NCBI GenBank assembly: GCA_000165425.1
Contig: CT868679.1
Location: forward strand, 248,001-312,000
Length of the DNA stretch: 64,000 bases
Source: Paramecium tetraurelia
Taxonomy: Eukaryota
Direction: 5' to 3'
Part shown: positions 12,161-25,146 of the stretch, piece after piece
How the letters are laid out: each line of letters opens with the position of its first letter
Position numbering within the stretch: the first letter of the stretch is position 1
Made by a program: the position numbers and the translations under genes
The notes under the pieces: generated by a model
The model's database searches: none
The model's input: the letters and a program-made list of their open reading frames with translations, nothing else
What the model was told of the DNA's origin: nothing

Positions 12161-15100
12161 ATGAGTGTTAGATCATTGAGATATTCGCAGAATAGTATGA
12201 GGAAAAACAAAACCGAACCTGACAAGCTTAGCAGATTCTATCCGAATGATATGAGAGGTACTTAAAAATGAAATGTTTCCTAAGGGCCATTTAAATACGA
12301 ACCTCTTTAAAATATTGCACATCCAATATAACCGGAGGATGATATTTCAATAAAAGATCCAACTCTGAAAACAGTAGACAAATCGAGGATTTCTCAATCT
12401 TTTTATCAAAATAACTCTCCGCAATTGAGCTTTAGATCGAGGACTCAAAAAAGCGAACCTGAAGAGAGTCCATTTGTTTTAAGTTTTCCACCGAAATAGC
12501 TGGAGAATATGCGCAAAAGAACCAAGAGCAGATAAATATTTAACTTTGTCGAGAGATTGAGAAGAAAGTTCAGAATAGACAACATGGCTAAGAAATTTTA
12601 GTACTTATACGATTAGGAAAACAATTTCGTAGACTACAGTTGTAATTATAATATGATAAAAAGAGGGACCTTATTGCCATCCTCCAGAATACTGCAAAGT
12701 TGGAATGTGGCCTTCTATATTTTGTTGCACGTGATACTGGTTTTTGTCCCTTTGTCTACGGCCTTGGAAATCCAGGACATAAATTACGTCTGCGTGGGGT
12801 TCAAATTAATAGATGTCGGAATTCAGTTATGCAGTTCGTTCACTCAAAATGGATTATTGATAACGAATTTCAAATAAATATCGCTTAGATACTACAAATC
12901 GTTTTTGTGTTACGATGCTGTATAACCTTACTTATATCCAATAGATTACAATAATAGGATTTGTATTCTTGAACACACTGCCCTAATCGATTAAATATAG
13001 TGTACTTACACTGATAGTTGTCAGTTAAATACGGAGGTATTATGAGATAGAGGTGTTTTTAAAATTGTAAGTGCCTGATTTAATATTTAGTGAGTATAAC
13101 TTGTTCTCTCCTCCTTTGTAAATCATAAACAGCATTATTAAGATAGTCCTGCTCATTCACATCATCACTTGTTATCAATACGGGCTATTTTATCACAGCA
13201 ATTCGTTATTTGATTCTTATTTGTCTACCTTCAGTATAGTGATTTCTATTTACACTTTCAATTCGAATTACCTACCCAACGGTTAGAACGAAATGATATT
13301 TTACAGTTGCGTTGCCTTTAGTTCAGTCCTTAGTTTCGCTTATTTATTGACTCAGTGTCTATATCTGTTTAAGAATGCGAGGTTCGCTACTCAATTGAGT
13401 GAGTTTTTGGCTATCAATAAATTGGATTCGAATTTGAAGTGCAAAATCATCAACCATATTTTGAATCAACCTAAGTTTTACCACAATTAGTTTGTATCAA
13501 AATTATCAGGACAATTGCTTCAGGAATTCAATACGATTTAGAGATTCCAATTGCTTACTAAATATTTTAAATACTACAATCAGCACACCATATAGACTTT
13601 AATCAATTTTAGCGAAGATGTTATATGTCAACCAAATCAGATAATCGTAACAGAATCTGAATATGACGATTGTTCGTTGTACTTTATAGTGGAAGGCAAT
13701 TTTAAGGTCGTCAACAAGATGGGAGTCCAACTCTAAATTTTGGGAGTAATATAGTAAATAATTTTTTCAGCCAGAATAAACGTTTGGTGAAGTCTCATTT
13801 TACACTCAATTGCCTCGATCTGCCACAGTCGTAAGTGAAGGAGTCTGTAGGTTGTTGAGAATAAGGAGAGATATCTTCCTAAAACTCTTGACCTTCAGTG
13901 ATAAAGTATTGATAGTCCCCTTAGTTTTAGTAATATTTCTACAGCATGAAGGACAGAATCCTCATACATAAAGATTTGCCATGCCAATGTTTTTGCTGTT
14001 CCTCTTATGATCATTTGATAACCAAATGTCCATTGCTAACATTTAGACCAGACAGAGAAAAGGTGATTAAATCACTTATATATCCCCGAAGAAATTTGAG
14101 ACAAGAATGTACGAATATTGTTAAATGCTTAAGATAAACGGAGAACAGTCAAGGATACCAGGGCTTATGAATTTGTAAAGGATGTAGAAGCAAACCAAGA
14201 TTACCTGTTATAATTGTATTCGGATAACCATTTTCAATCCTCAAATCAATTTAGCCAGTCAAATTTGCCATATGATGATGTGTACATCAAGGAGAGTTAT
14301 GCATCTGCTCAAAGTTTTAGTAGAGTCAGCAGAGAGAAATCGCTCTTGAAAAGTACTTCCCTAATGAGAGAGAAATCATTACATGACTAATAATAATCTA
14401 TCATGAATGATGTGTAAGTATTTCTTCTATCATTTTACAGTAGCAACTTAGACACGACTGATAAGTAATACATCCAACATTAAGGGGAAATGGATGACGA
14501 GAAATTCATCAGTCTGGTGAGGAAGGATTAATAGAAGAATACTTTTGCAACTGCTGGATTTGGAAATGCTGGATAATAATCTATTAAAGATTAGAAATCA
14601 TTGAACATCATCGTGGAGAATGAAAGCTCAGAGAATTCCCCATCTTTAGAAAATGCTTTGGATTTGACTAATTAATTACAGAGAAATAAAGATCCGAAAT
14701 TAACATTCAATTACAACTTCGATAATCAGATGAATGATTTACAGAACAAGTATCAACAATATTAAAGAAATGCCACTGAATCAAATCATTCAATGATGCG
14801 ATAAGATAATCGACAACCCTCCATTCGATAGAACTCCTCCAGATCTCAAACCTATAGTCCGATCACATCAAATAATATCACTGCCAATTCATTTAGATCC
14901 CAAATGAAATAAAATGATAATACACAATCAGCTTCAGGTCTTCATAGGAGGTTAACTTATGAATCATTACATTCTCTAGATCCATATCAGGAGTGGCTAG
15001 ATAGTATACTGACAGTCCAGAAATCTAAAGTAGAAGAGGAACCAATCGAAAAAAGTCAACCAAAACAGGAACGAAGATCTCGATAGCTCATTCGCAGTTT

Positions 15101-15416
15101 CAACCATTCAGTGCATTCGATGTATATATTGATTAATCTTGTAGAATCCTGTGGGCTTTACACTTGGAGACAGTGATTTTGAGAAGCTGTACTTATTCGA
15201 AATCTATCTGCCTTACAACAATTATGATATTGTGATCTTCAAGTATATACACTATTCACTTTCCTTAGATTCAATCAGTTTAATAGGAGTAAACAATTAA
15301 AAAGACTCTCTAGATACTTCTTTTCGTTCAAGTTAGCCCAGTAGATCCAAAAATTGAAAGCCAAGTAATCATTATTAAATAAGCATTTAAGATAGCACAA
15401 TACAATTTAGAATTGA
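12161..15416 (+). CDS. CNBD-family (EAG/HCN/CNG-like) ion-channel-like protein with a CCHC zinc knuckle and an atypical pore
   Basis: Hydrophobic TM segments at about 12680-13370. CNBD motifs SLYFIVEG and FGEVSFYTQLPRSATV, followed by CFCCSSYDHLITKC (C-x2-C-x4-H-x4-C). Multiple tiny introns. Confidence 0.85.
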
Positions 15417-15448
15417 ATAATTTATATATAATTTTTGGATATTAAAAT

Positions 15449-16246
15449 TCAATCTTGCATTTAGTGTCTTAGTTTTTGTTTCTTCTCCACCTACTTATCG
15501 TAATCCTCAATAAACTTATCAAACGCAGCTGGATCCACAACAATCAGCTTGGAAAAACTAAAGAACCACTCATCAATGTTGACCTAAATGAAGATTATGA
15601 CATATTTTATGTACTCCTCTTTCAGGATTGCATAATGCAACTGATTTTATGAAATCCTTAGCATCCTTTTCAGCTTGATTGTCAGTAATAGTATCCTCAA
15701 TGTACTTATTGAATTTCACTGCCTTAGCATTATCGATATATTTAGAATTATCATAATCGATGTCCTCAAAAATTGCTTACAGCTTTTATTTTTATGGTTG
15801 TTTTAACGCATTAAAGGCCTTGCTTTCGGCTGTGAGATTATTGATAAGAGTTCTGATTTCTGTGATTCCATCACCAGGTCTACATTATCATCTTTTAATT
15901 ACCTCTATCCTGATTGATTCTTTAAATTTGGATCGGCTTGATTGATCACAAGCAACAAAACAATTTCCTTATTCATCTTCTCCGCTGCCAAATGCAAAGG
16001 TCCTGATCCCTATGCATTGTACACTTCCAAAGAAGCATCATTCTAAATCAGATATCTGACAACTTCCAAATGATTGTGCATTATAGCATAAAACATTGCA
16101 GTGTTTCCTTAAATCTAGAAAAACACACTACCTTCCTTGTCTTGATAATTGACATCCACATTCCCCTAGACCATCGCTCTCTTCATCTCCTCCATAGAAC
16201 CTTTTTGAGCATACGTAAGAAATTATTCATTATGAAAAGTTTCCAT
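15449..16246 (-). CDS. Ankyrin-repeat protein
   Basis: DVNYQDKE|GNTAMFYAIMHNHLEVVRYLIQNDA and NAQGSGPLHLAAEKMNKEIVLLLVINQADPN. Intron at 16108-16131. Confidence 0.88.
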
Positions 16247-16830
16247 TATATATATATTATAAATACAATAGATTTTGTGATCGTTGATATTAATAAGATT
16301 ACTCTTAATACCACATATTCTCATTTAGAGATAAATAGATATTTTGAAATCTTGTTTAGATTTCAAGTTAGATCAAATTGAAGTTATAGACAAAACTAGT
16401 ATATTAATGAAGGTGATGTATGATTTATATTAATAAAGGAGCTTAGGAAATTATGGAGGTTAATGAAGTTGAGTTTATTTTGTTTTCTAAAAGACTTATT
16501 CAAATGGGTATTCTCAAATATAGAAGATTTTTTAATACACTCAAGACAAATGAGTAAGAGGGAATTGTTATTGAAAAATGAAGCAAACTTATTGTTCTAA
16601 TCAAGAAATCAAAGATTAACATGTGTTAAATCTCTGCTCATGTTTTATTTCAAGCTATTAAGTTTTTGCCTTCTTAGAAATTCCCCAAATTTGTAATTAA
16701 CAAATAGAATATGGATCCAAAATTATCATAATAAACCAGAACTATTGAGAATAAATATGGAGGATGGTGCTGACAAATTAAAATATGTATTTGGAATATT
16801 CAAGTATGTTCGACTTTCCCATATTTCTAG

Positions 16831-17627
16831 TCATTTTTCCAGACTAATTCTTACTAATCTTCGTTTCCAAATTTGCTTATAGCATATCCTTCTCTTTGGT
16901 TGTAGCTAAATCCTCCTTTGTAATATGATTCATCATCCCAAATGAAGCTCCCTTATTCATGCATCTGCCATTAATTTTCTTCATAAATAGCCGATCCAAT
17001 GTATTTTCCTGTTTTGTATGTGATATCCCCCTTGAATCTATTAGGTTCAATAAAGGTGCCTACCATTTTCCAGTAATAATTTTAATCCTTTGATTCTATT
17101 TCCCCTTACCCAGATAACTGATTGTTTTTAAATTAACCTTTTATGTAATAAGAATTTTCTATATATATGGACCCCTAGCCATTCATCTAACCATTTTCCC
17201 ATTATCCTTCGTATGACTTGTTATTCGTAGCCTTCAATTTCCCATAACCCTATGGCTTGCCTTTATTGAAATTGCCATAATAACACTCGTAATGAGTTAT
17301 CTATTGCGTATCATAAACACAGTATAATGTTAAGCCTTTTCCTTGCAAGCAATTATTTTGCCAGAACCCTACTTTGTATGAGTATCCATCCTTAGATATC
17401 CATTCCCCCTTGCCCTTTGGTTAGGCTCCATCAGTTTCTCCCCTGTAAAAGCCATTTTACAAATTTCGAAATGGCACTTTCCTGTCTATCGAATCATACA
17501 ACTTCTTCACATCAACGTCAGAATTAATATGCTCATTGATTGTTACCTATAATCTTGAGAAATAATCTAGATAAACTAAACAAATAGATTTACATTATGG
17601 GGTATTATGACCTTAACTTATAATCAT
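16831..17627 (-). CDS. MORN-repeat protein
   Basis: Repeated Y.G.W..G...G.G units (FYRGETDGAQPKGKGEW, YKVGFWQNNCLQGKG, YEGQWENGQMNGQG). Confidence 0.88.
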
Positions 17628-18182
17628 TTTATTTTATTTTAATGAATATATGAAGAGTAAAGCTCAAATATATTATATTTTTTTCATTTCAACATTCCCT
17701 ACCAATTGGATAGTTTTTATATCATTTCAGAAGTTGTTGACAACAAAATAGTAGTTCTTTTCTAAAGATTATTTATTTATTGCATTTAAATTATATTTTT
17801 CTATTATAAACTTATAGATGAGAAGGCTGAATCCATTTCACAATATAAGGTCTTATTACTAAGGAATATAAAAATTATAGAGAGTATTTAGTTGTAAAAG
17901 TGATGAAACTACACAAAAAGGAAGGTAATTCAATTAGAATGAGTTGAATGTTTAAATATAATTAAGAAAATAAGCAGAAAGTGGGAATTAGTTTACCAAT
18001 TGATCTTCATCTTTTATATAAAACCATAATATCAAATACATAAATAGCCATGAGTATGACCAAATGAGAAACTAATTGGAATTGAAGAGAGAGGATATGG
18101 AGTTGGGAGATAGGAATTGAAGTGAATCTATAGAGTTTTGGTCGAAACATGCTTTGTTTGAGTGATGTTTATTTAGACATAT

Positions 18183-18926
18183 TCATAACATTTAATCTAA
18201 GGCCTTAATAGCTTGTTTCCTTTTGAGAGGAGCATTGTATGGATTTAAGTCAAGTTCTTGTTTGCGCTCTTTTTGTTTGTTCTTTCCCAACTGCTTAGAG
18301 AATTGATCCTCGTCGAATTGATATTGATATTTCCTCTTTTCCTCTTTCACTTGCTTCTCAGTCAATTCCTTCCTTTACTTCTAGACCTTTTCATTCTTAA
18401 AGATGACAGGGGCGTATAATAATGTATTTAAGGAGCAAGTGTTAGTGGATGGTTGATTCAAGGATTGGATTGACAATTGGCATCTTTGCCTTAAATTGTT
18501 TTGCTCGTCGATTTCCTATGAGTTGTACTTCTCTTTGTAAATTGATTCCATGACTTAGGTAAGCAGTCTGTTGAGAGATAAGTCACTATTATTGCTATTT
18601 CTTTTGAAATGTTGCAACAAGGATGTACAAGTTACGCTCAATTGGTCGAGTGCCATTAAAACATGAAAGATGTCTCCTTCTTATCTGCCTTGCAATTCAT
18701 ACAATCTCCTGGAATTGGAACCCACTTTGCGTATCACTTTTATTTTGTGTTATTAAATTACTCTTTATCAGGAATTCAGCCAGAAGATTGATTCCTTGTT
18801 CTTGGCAACTGCTGACACCCGAATTGAGAAGCATTTACGCAACGTATATCTTCATCTAAATAAATAAGCATATGGACATACCAATTTACCAAGAGATTGT
18901 TCCTTTGATCTACTCTATTTAAGCAT
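18183..18926 (-). CDS. Bromodomain-associated (Bromo_TP) histone-fold protein, TAF8/TAF3-like
   Basis: After removing two tiny introns: LMKIYVAQMLLNSGVSSCQEQGINLLAEFLIKMIRKVGSNSRRLYELQGRQEGDIFHVLMALDQL, which fits the TAF8/TAF3 histone-fold pattern. Confidence 0.62.
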
Positions 18927-18943
18927 TCTAATTATTATTATTA

Positions 18944-19953
18944 ATGAATCAATAATCATTGCCTTAATTGCAAAGATTCAAACAAATTGCTCAGACACCC
19001 GATGAAAATTCGAAAAGAGCAGATGAAGTGACTCGATTGAAGTAATAGGTTGCTCAATTACAAAAATAGATTGAATTTGTACAATAGAACAAATCATTCG
19101 TTATGAAAATTCAAAATCAGTAATGCACACTCTGTCTCAGATATAAAGTACAAAGGTACTTGATTTATTGTAGACCTAAATTGAATAACTACTCAAGCAG
19201 GAAAAATAGATCAAGAAATAATACGAATTTAAAATTGAAGAATTGTCTTAAGGTTAAAACCAATCAATTTCAAAGTAAAAACCTTCCCAAACTTCACAAA
19301 CTGACAAGGTTCCTACTTTGGATAAAGAGATTTAAGTTGAATTGTTGATTGAATCACAACCCCAATAAAATTAAATTGATAATCTCAAACAATCGCCTTT
19401 GGTGAAATAATACGAAGAAATAATCATAGATTTTCATAAAGATTACCAAAACAAAGTCTATTAAGTGTTATAATATAAAGAGTTATATGAAAAGTAGAAA
19501 TAGCAATATGAGCAATTCAAATCCTAACATACAAATTGTAATGAGAAGATTCATAAATTACAAATTGAAGTAAGCCTACTTAAGGATACTTCCAATCAAT
19601 ACAAATTGCCCGATAACATTATGAATCTTAAAAGATCGATTGATTGCACAATAGAATAGAATAAGATGAATTAAATTGTGATGAAGACTCAGGAGGGTGA
19701 TTCTTCAATAAAGATGTATTAGTAACTATAATAGATAGAGACTGATCTCTATGTCAGTCTAAGATGCTCAAAATGCAAAGAGTTGCTTATAAATCCATTC
19801 ACTTTTGTGCCTTGTTTTCATAGTGTTTGCCAAAGATGTCATTGCAATAAGTGTGAAAGATGCTAAAAAGATGCTACTTCTTTTAGAAATCTGAATTTAG
19901 ATCTCTTAGTTAAGGTTTATCATTAGATTAAGGATATCCAATTAAAAAGATGA
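18944..19953 (+). CDS. Coiled-coil protein with a C-terminal C3HC4 RING finger (putative E3 ligase)
   Basis: CSKCKELLINPFTFVPCFHSVCQRCHCNKCERC at about 19765-19863. TGA at 19951-19953. Confidence 0.8.
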
Positions 19954-19979
19954 TAGATAAAATATATATATATAATTGT

Positions 19980-21464
19980 TCAAGATTTAGTTCTTTTTTC
20001 ATCTTTTAATGCTTAGATTCTCCAACTTTCAGAGAATTCATTTAATTTCTGCATAAATTCTTGATGAAAACCAACATTTTCTGAATGTTCTGGAAGTTAA
20101 AGTTTTTGCATCTATTTCTGTTGGTGGTGTTATATGGTTTGTTTTTGGTTCTACTATTTCTAATTGGCTTGAGTAGAGGTACTTTTCTTTTGGATATTGG
20201 ATAGATCCAACTTCAACTTCACATTAGATTTAGTATCGAGAACGTTGGCATTTTTATACTCAAATTTTCTAACACTTTCAACAACGGATTCATTGTCAAA
20301 TCTATTAAGGAAACAGAAGCTGGACTCATCAGAATCGTTGACAACCGAATTGTCTGCATCATGAACACTGCGTTCATAATGATGGTACTTGTGAACAAGG
20401 GATTTCTCTGTTTATTCAGCAACACTATCATCATTTAAGACTTCCTCATTATAGATTTTTTCAATGTCCACACCACTTTTTTTGATTGCCAACACCAATT
20501 TAATTAACTTCGCTTCTTTTTCGCTCATTTCTTGAATCTTTTATTGCATGATATCTTGCATTTCCTTTAACTAAATTGTATCCATGCTATCAATGTTGTT
20601 GCTCTAAGCATTTTTGTTATTTGCAATCTACTTGGGTGTTTTAAGTTATTTAACAGTTTCAAGCAAGATGTCCCTCTCTTGCTCAACTTACTTATAATTG
20701 GTTTACCATAGATCCCTTTCTCTGCGTATTTAGTCAATCATCTCATAAAACTTCTCCTCCTGTTCGCATAAGATTTGAATGCACATATTGTTGTAGAGTT
20801 CGAATAGATTATTGATTAGTTACTATTGGACATCACTCAGATCACTTAATGATGCAAATTGTTGTTTGTATAGTTGCATGGGCTTCTGCTGTTTTTAAAG
20901 ATGCTCTTTATGGAATTCCCATCTGGAGAACTATTTTTTGTTAATCAAGGAGGCTTGGATTTGTGTGTTGAGATTCCAAAGTTCTTAATTCCTTTTGACG
21001 GGTTTCCTTTGGCCTGGACTCTGAGAATCACTCGTGAGGTTGCTGGTTAGATTCTATTTGGATCTATATAATAAAGTGAACACATACAGTTGTTAAAGAA
21101 TGTTGGAGGACAGGATGTGACTGTCACCAATTAATTTGCGTAGTTTGAGTCCATTTTGGGACCCATACATTGAGTCATCTTCAACTTACATGGTGGCGAA
21201 GGCAGAGACACGACTTTTGGAGCTGCTGTTGGTTCGATTGTTGTTATTTTCCGAGATGTTGTTTTTGTGTTGCTTATACCGCTTCTCTTCGATAGATTTG
21301 GAAGTTGGCACCGCTTATTTGATGGTCAAACGCTATTGCTGAAACTTTGGAGGGATGTGGAAGAAGTTGTTGTGTTCTGGACAAATGTTTGGCTGAGATG
21401 TTTATTTTGGAATCACTACCCTTGCCATGGCTTCCTTCACCGTGTTGGGGGTTACTCGTTGCAT
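19980..21464 (-). CDS. Hypothetical protein (Ser/Pro/Gln-rich with a central coiled coil)
   Basis: ATG at 21464 (MQRVTPNTVKEAMARVVIP..), open in code 6 with an intron near 21063-21088. TGA at 19980-19982. Confidence 0.72.
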
Positions 21465-21712
21465 TTCAGATAATTTAATTTTTATATACAATCATCGTAC
21501 AAGTTAACCAAATCTTATTAATGCTCTAGTTAATGTTGATTGATCCTAACAATATTTATGTTCAGAACGAATAGCTGAATTTGGAGAACCATTACAAATA
21601 GATTAGGGTTATCATAGGGAAACCCCCATATTCTAAGGAGTATTTTGAGATTCTAAAATTTCTTATAGGTGTAATGTGTTAAATATTAATAAAATAATTT
21701 AAATTCAAAAAG

Positions 21713-22733
21713 ATGAATGCGATTTAGGAAAACAAATTATTTGTTTAGCAAATTAAATAGAAACAAGACGAATTTAAAGTATAAATTCAACAAATAATAA
21801 GAAAACCCTTCAATTTCAAATTAAGAAAGAGCCTCCTCTTTTGCAATAGCATAATTTCAATTAACTCACCTCTCCAAACCAAAGAAGAGAACAAACTCCT
21901 AACCAAAGAAAGGGCAAGATTGAAAGTACTGTTTTCTGATTAACTTTAAGATGATAATTCATGTTCGCCCACTCTCTTTCGCACTCCACAAATCAGCTTG
22001 CATCAAGAGCAAAACAAAAGGCAACATCAATTGAGCAACAACAGAAGTCGCAATGAGAATCTGTCGACCTACAAGGAGAGAAGAGAACCGAACAACGATT
22101 CTGCCGCTAATGATTACTCCAGAGTGTTGGAGGAAGTGATGAAGAAATACAGACAACTGAAATCAGAATTGTTGACTAAGGACAAGGAAGTCTAGAAGAC
22201 CAGGTTTTATAAGGAGGAATGGCTGAAAGAGAAGGTTTGGATTTATTATGTATAACAAATAGAAACGCAACGAATAGTTGTAAGAGAGGAACAGGATATT
22301 GAAAACCAAAATGCTGAAAATCATCGAATTAGTTCAATAAGATCAATTGAAATAGAATGATGATTCGGAGGTAGTGTCATTCTAATAACATTTTAGTCAC
22401 TAGGGTATAATAGCTAGTCTCTCAACAGAAAATAAGTATTTACGTTAGATGTTGCACCTACATGATGTTACAGATATCTCAAGTCAATTGGAGCAACTAG
22501 AAGGCGAGCAGGATTAGGAAGTAGTCTACATCGATAATATCTTGAATACTTTCCTTGGCGATTTGAAGACCATTCAAAAGAATAGAAGAGAAAAGAAGGA
22601 CAATTAATAATTAGGTACATGATGTGATGCGAATATTCTAGGTCAATTCAATTCATTGTCGCTAACAGTTTTGAACAAAGAATCAAGCTTTGTTGATTTG
22701 TCAGAGGATAAGCTTCTAATGGAATAATCATGA
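21713..22733 (+). CDS. Hypothetical coiled-coil protein
   Basis: MNAIQENKLFVQQIKQKQDEF.. with several 20-30 nt introns (e.g. near 22234-22262). Ends KLLMEQS-TGA. Confidence 0.72.
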
Positions 22734-22827
22734 TTTAATTTTTATATTTTTAGAGAATTGTCAACAGCATCTTGAATAATGATTCTTCTATAAGAGATAT
22801 TTGTTTTTACTTTATAAAATTAATAAA

Positions 22828-25111
22828 ATGTAAAAGAGAGAAGACATGATAAAACAGTTATAGAATCTGCAAGACCCCTATGTATTGCAACGTCAAAGGT
22901 AACAGGATGTCAAAAGGAAATATGAGCAATTGTTGGCATAAGTCAATTTGATTTACGATGAAGATGGAAAGGAACGTCAATATACTGCTGATTTTCAGAG
23001 ATTCATTCATTTTTATAAATTTCTGGCTCGTCGACCAGACAGTGAATAGTCCAATTAATCAGTGATAAACAGATTGCAATTATGGGTGCCTGACACAATA
23101 GTGTTGAATGATAAAGAAATGCCAAATTATTGGTTATATTCAGATTCAAGAGGTTATGTATTTAGAACAGATACCTTTACCTCCAAAAATGTTATTAGCA
23201 AATTGGCCAATTACACATCCCCAGATGAACTTGTAGCAGTTGTTAAAAAACAATAGTTTCGCAACATGGGAATTAGTAGGCAATGAAGTAAAGTTGGTAT
23301 GTTGTAGAGATTTACAATCATAAATAAATGTCAACTTCTCAAATCGCATGGACATGTGTGTCATCCAGAAGTTCGTCAAGAGCAATGGACCTAAAGCATT
23401 TATCTGTAGAACCATTTGGAGAAAGGATAAGAACCCCTATTGCTACATCATAACAAACAAAGAGGATTTCTTCTCTCCATCAACCAATCCCAAGACTGAA
23501 ATGACCAAATATGCAACCAATGTGAATCTGCAAAACTCATGCACTATTGTCAACACTTGTAGAGGCAAATATGTTGATGAAACTGTCCCTTACGTTAAGA
23601 ATCTTCTCACTTACATCTATATTCATTTGCACATCACCTTTCTAGAATTCTCAGCTGATTTCATAAAAGATGAAAGTGGAATCTGGTGGTTTATCAATGT
23701 GAAGGGATTCATTATTGACAAAAGTCCAGAAAAGATCATGTGGAAGTCCATCACTCATTATGGAGAAGAAATTAATGAGGAAGAGGGCTAACCAATAGTG
23801 TAAGAACGCAATTCAACTCCCAAGGCCAAAGTTGCTGACATGTGTTAAAAACAAAAGATTTGCAAGTATTGTGAGCAATCCTATCCAGAATAACATTTAT
23901 AATATAAGATGACTCTTAAGATGATCATTCAAACTGATAAACATCTCTACTGGAGAGGTAAGACATTCAATTGGATTGACAGGTCTGATGTCACCAATCT
24001 TGAAGTCAGCAACCTTTATCATGAACATAAAGTTTGTAAACCAATGTTACACTTTATACAAGGAAACAGAATAGCTAATTGAATTGTAATTGCAATTCAA
24101 TAAGTTGTTGGGATTGCCTAGTGATTATGATACTATGAATTAAATGTTGACCCTCAAAGCCAATCAAATAAATAACGAAACTGTTAAGACTGGATTAGAG
24201 GATTCTAAATAAATATTCAACATCTCAGCCACCAAGCAATTGATACTTAATAATTAACTCATTCCTATGATTCATAATACAGTCATCAAGAACCTCAATA
24301 GGTTTAGATTTATGATTTTAATACATTCTATCAGGGATGTCCCTTAAAATGTAGACCTGTCTAAACATTATTACATTGAATGCAATATATTCGACCAGAA
24401 ATTCAAAATCAAATTAGATTTGATCCAAGGTTAGTTATTTGACAAAGGGTATTTCTTAACGTTAAATCGTATGCGACTTTACTATTTCTTTAGTGATCAA
24501 CGCAAAGGGTGGGTAGATTATGTAAATCAGTTAAAAGTACTGCCTATGTATCTATACTAAGACAATACAAGGATTGGCACATTAGAATTAGAACTCTAAG
24601 ATCTCCTATCCGAACGAGTCATAAGAAGAGAATTCCTTAAGGTGTTTAGTGTGAAGGATTGTTATCCAATATTGAGTTGGTCGCTTAATGTATTCAATGT
24701 TTAATAATTTAGTTAACATTAGGACTTGTAGATTCAGGACCAATCAACGTTACAAGAATTAAGTTACAAGATCATTTCGGAATTCAATTACCAAATCCAG
24801 ATTATTGCACTTGTGAACCTCTGCCTGCTGAATGGATGACCATTTTAAATCAGAAAAAGGATGTGGAGCAATCTAGATTTGAAAGATAAATGACTGCCTA
24901 GACTTTAAAACGAGTTTCCACAGCCCATGCCAAATTGTAGAAGAGTAAATTCGAGGGATCCTCAGTGTAATAAGAAATGGAGTCTTTCAATGATTCTACC
25001 AAGGAGTTATACAGTTAATTAAATTTAAAGAAAGAAATTCAAATGTATGAAGTAGATGAGGACGATCGCAGACAAAAGAAAAGAAGACAATTTTAATAGT
25101 ATGATTTATGA
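22828..25111 (+). CDS. Hypothetical protein with a divergent ATP-grasp-like region, a CxxC pair and a possible C2-like region; two apparent +1 frameshifts
   Basis: CVIQKFVKSNGPKAFICRTIW and FSADFIKDESGIWWFINVKGF; ICKYC..VCKQC. The frame breaks at about 23268-23270 and 24041-24042. Confidence 0.68.
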
Positions 25112-25146
25112 TATAGTATTTTTTGTTAATTATCATAATGTTATAA

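Noticed and set aside
16400..16830. Coding-like plus-strand stretch between the ankyrin and MORN genes
   Set aside because: The frames are interrupted by TGA and carry no recognisable motif, so it is too weak to call.
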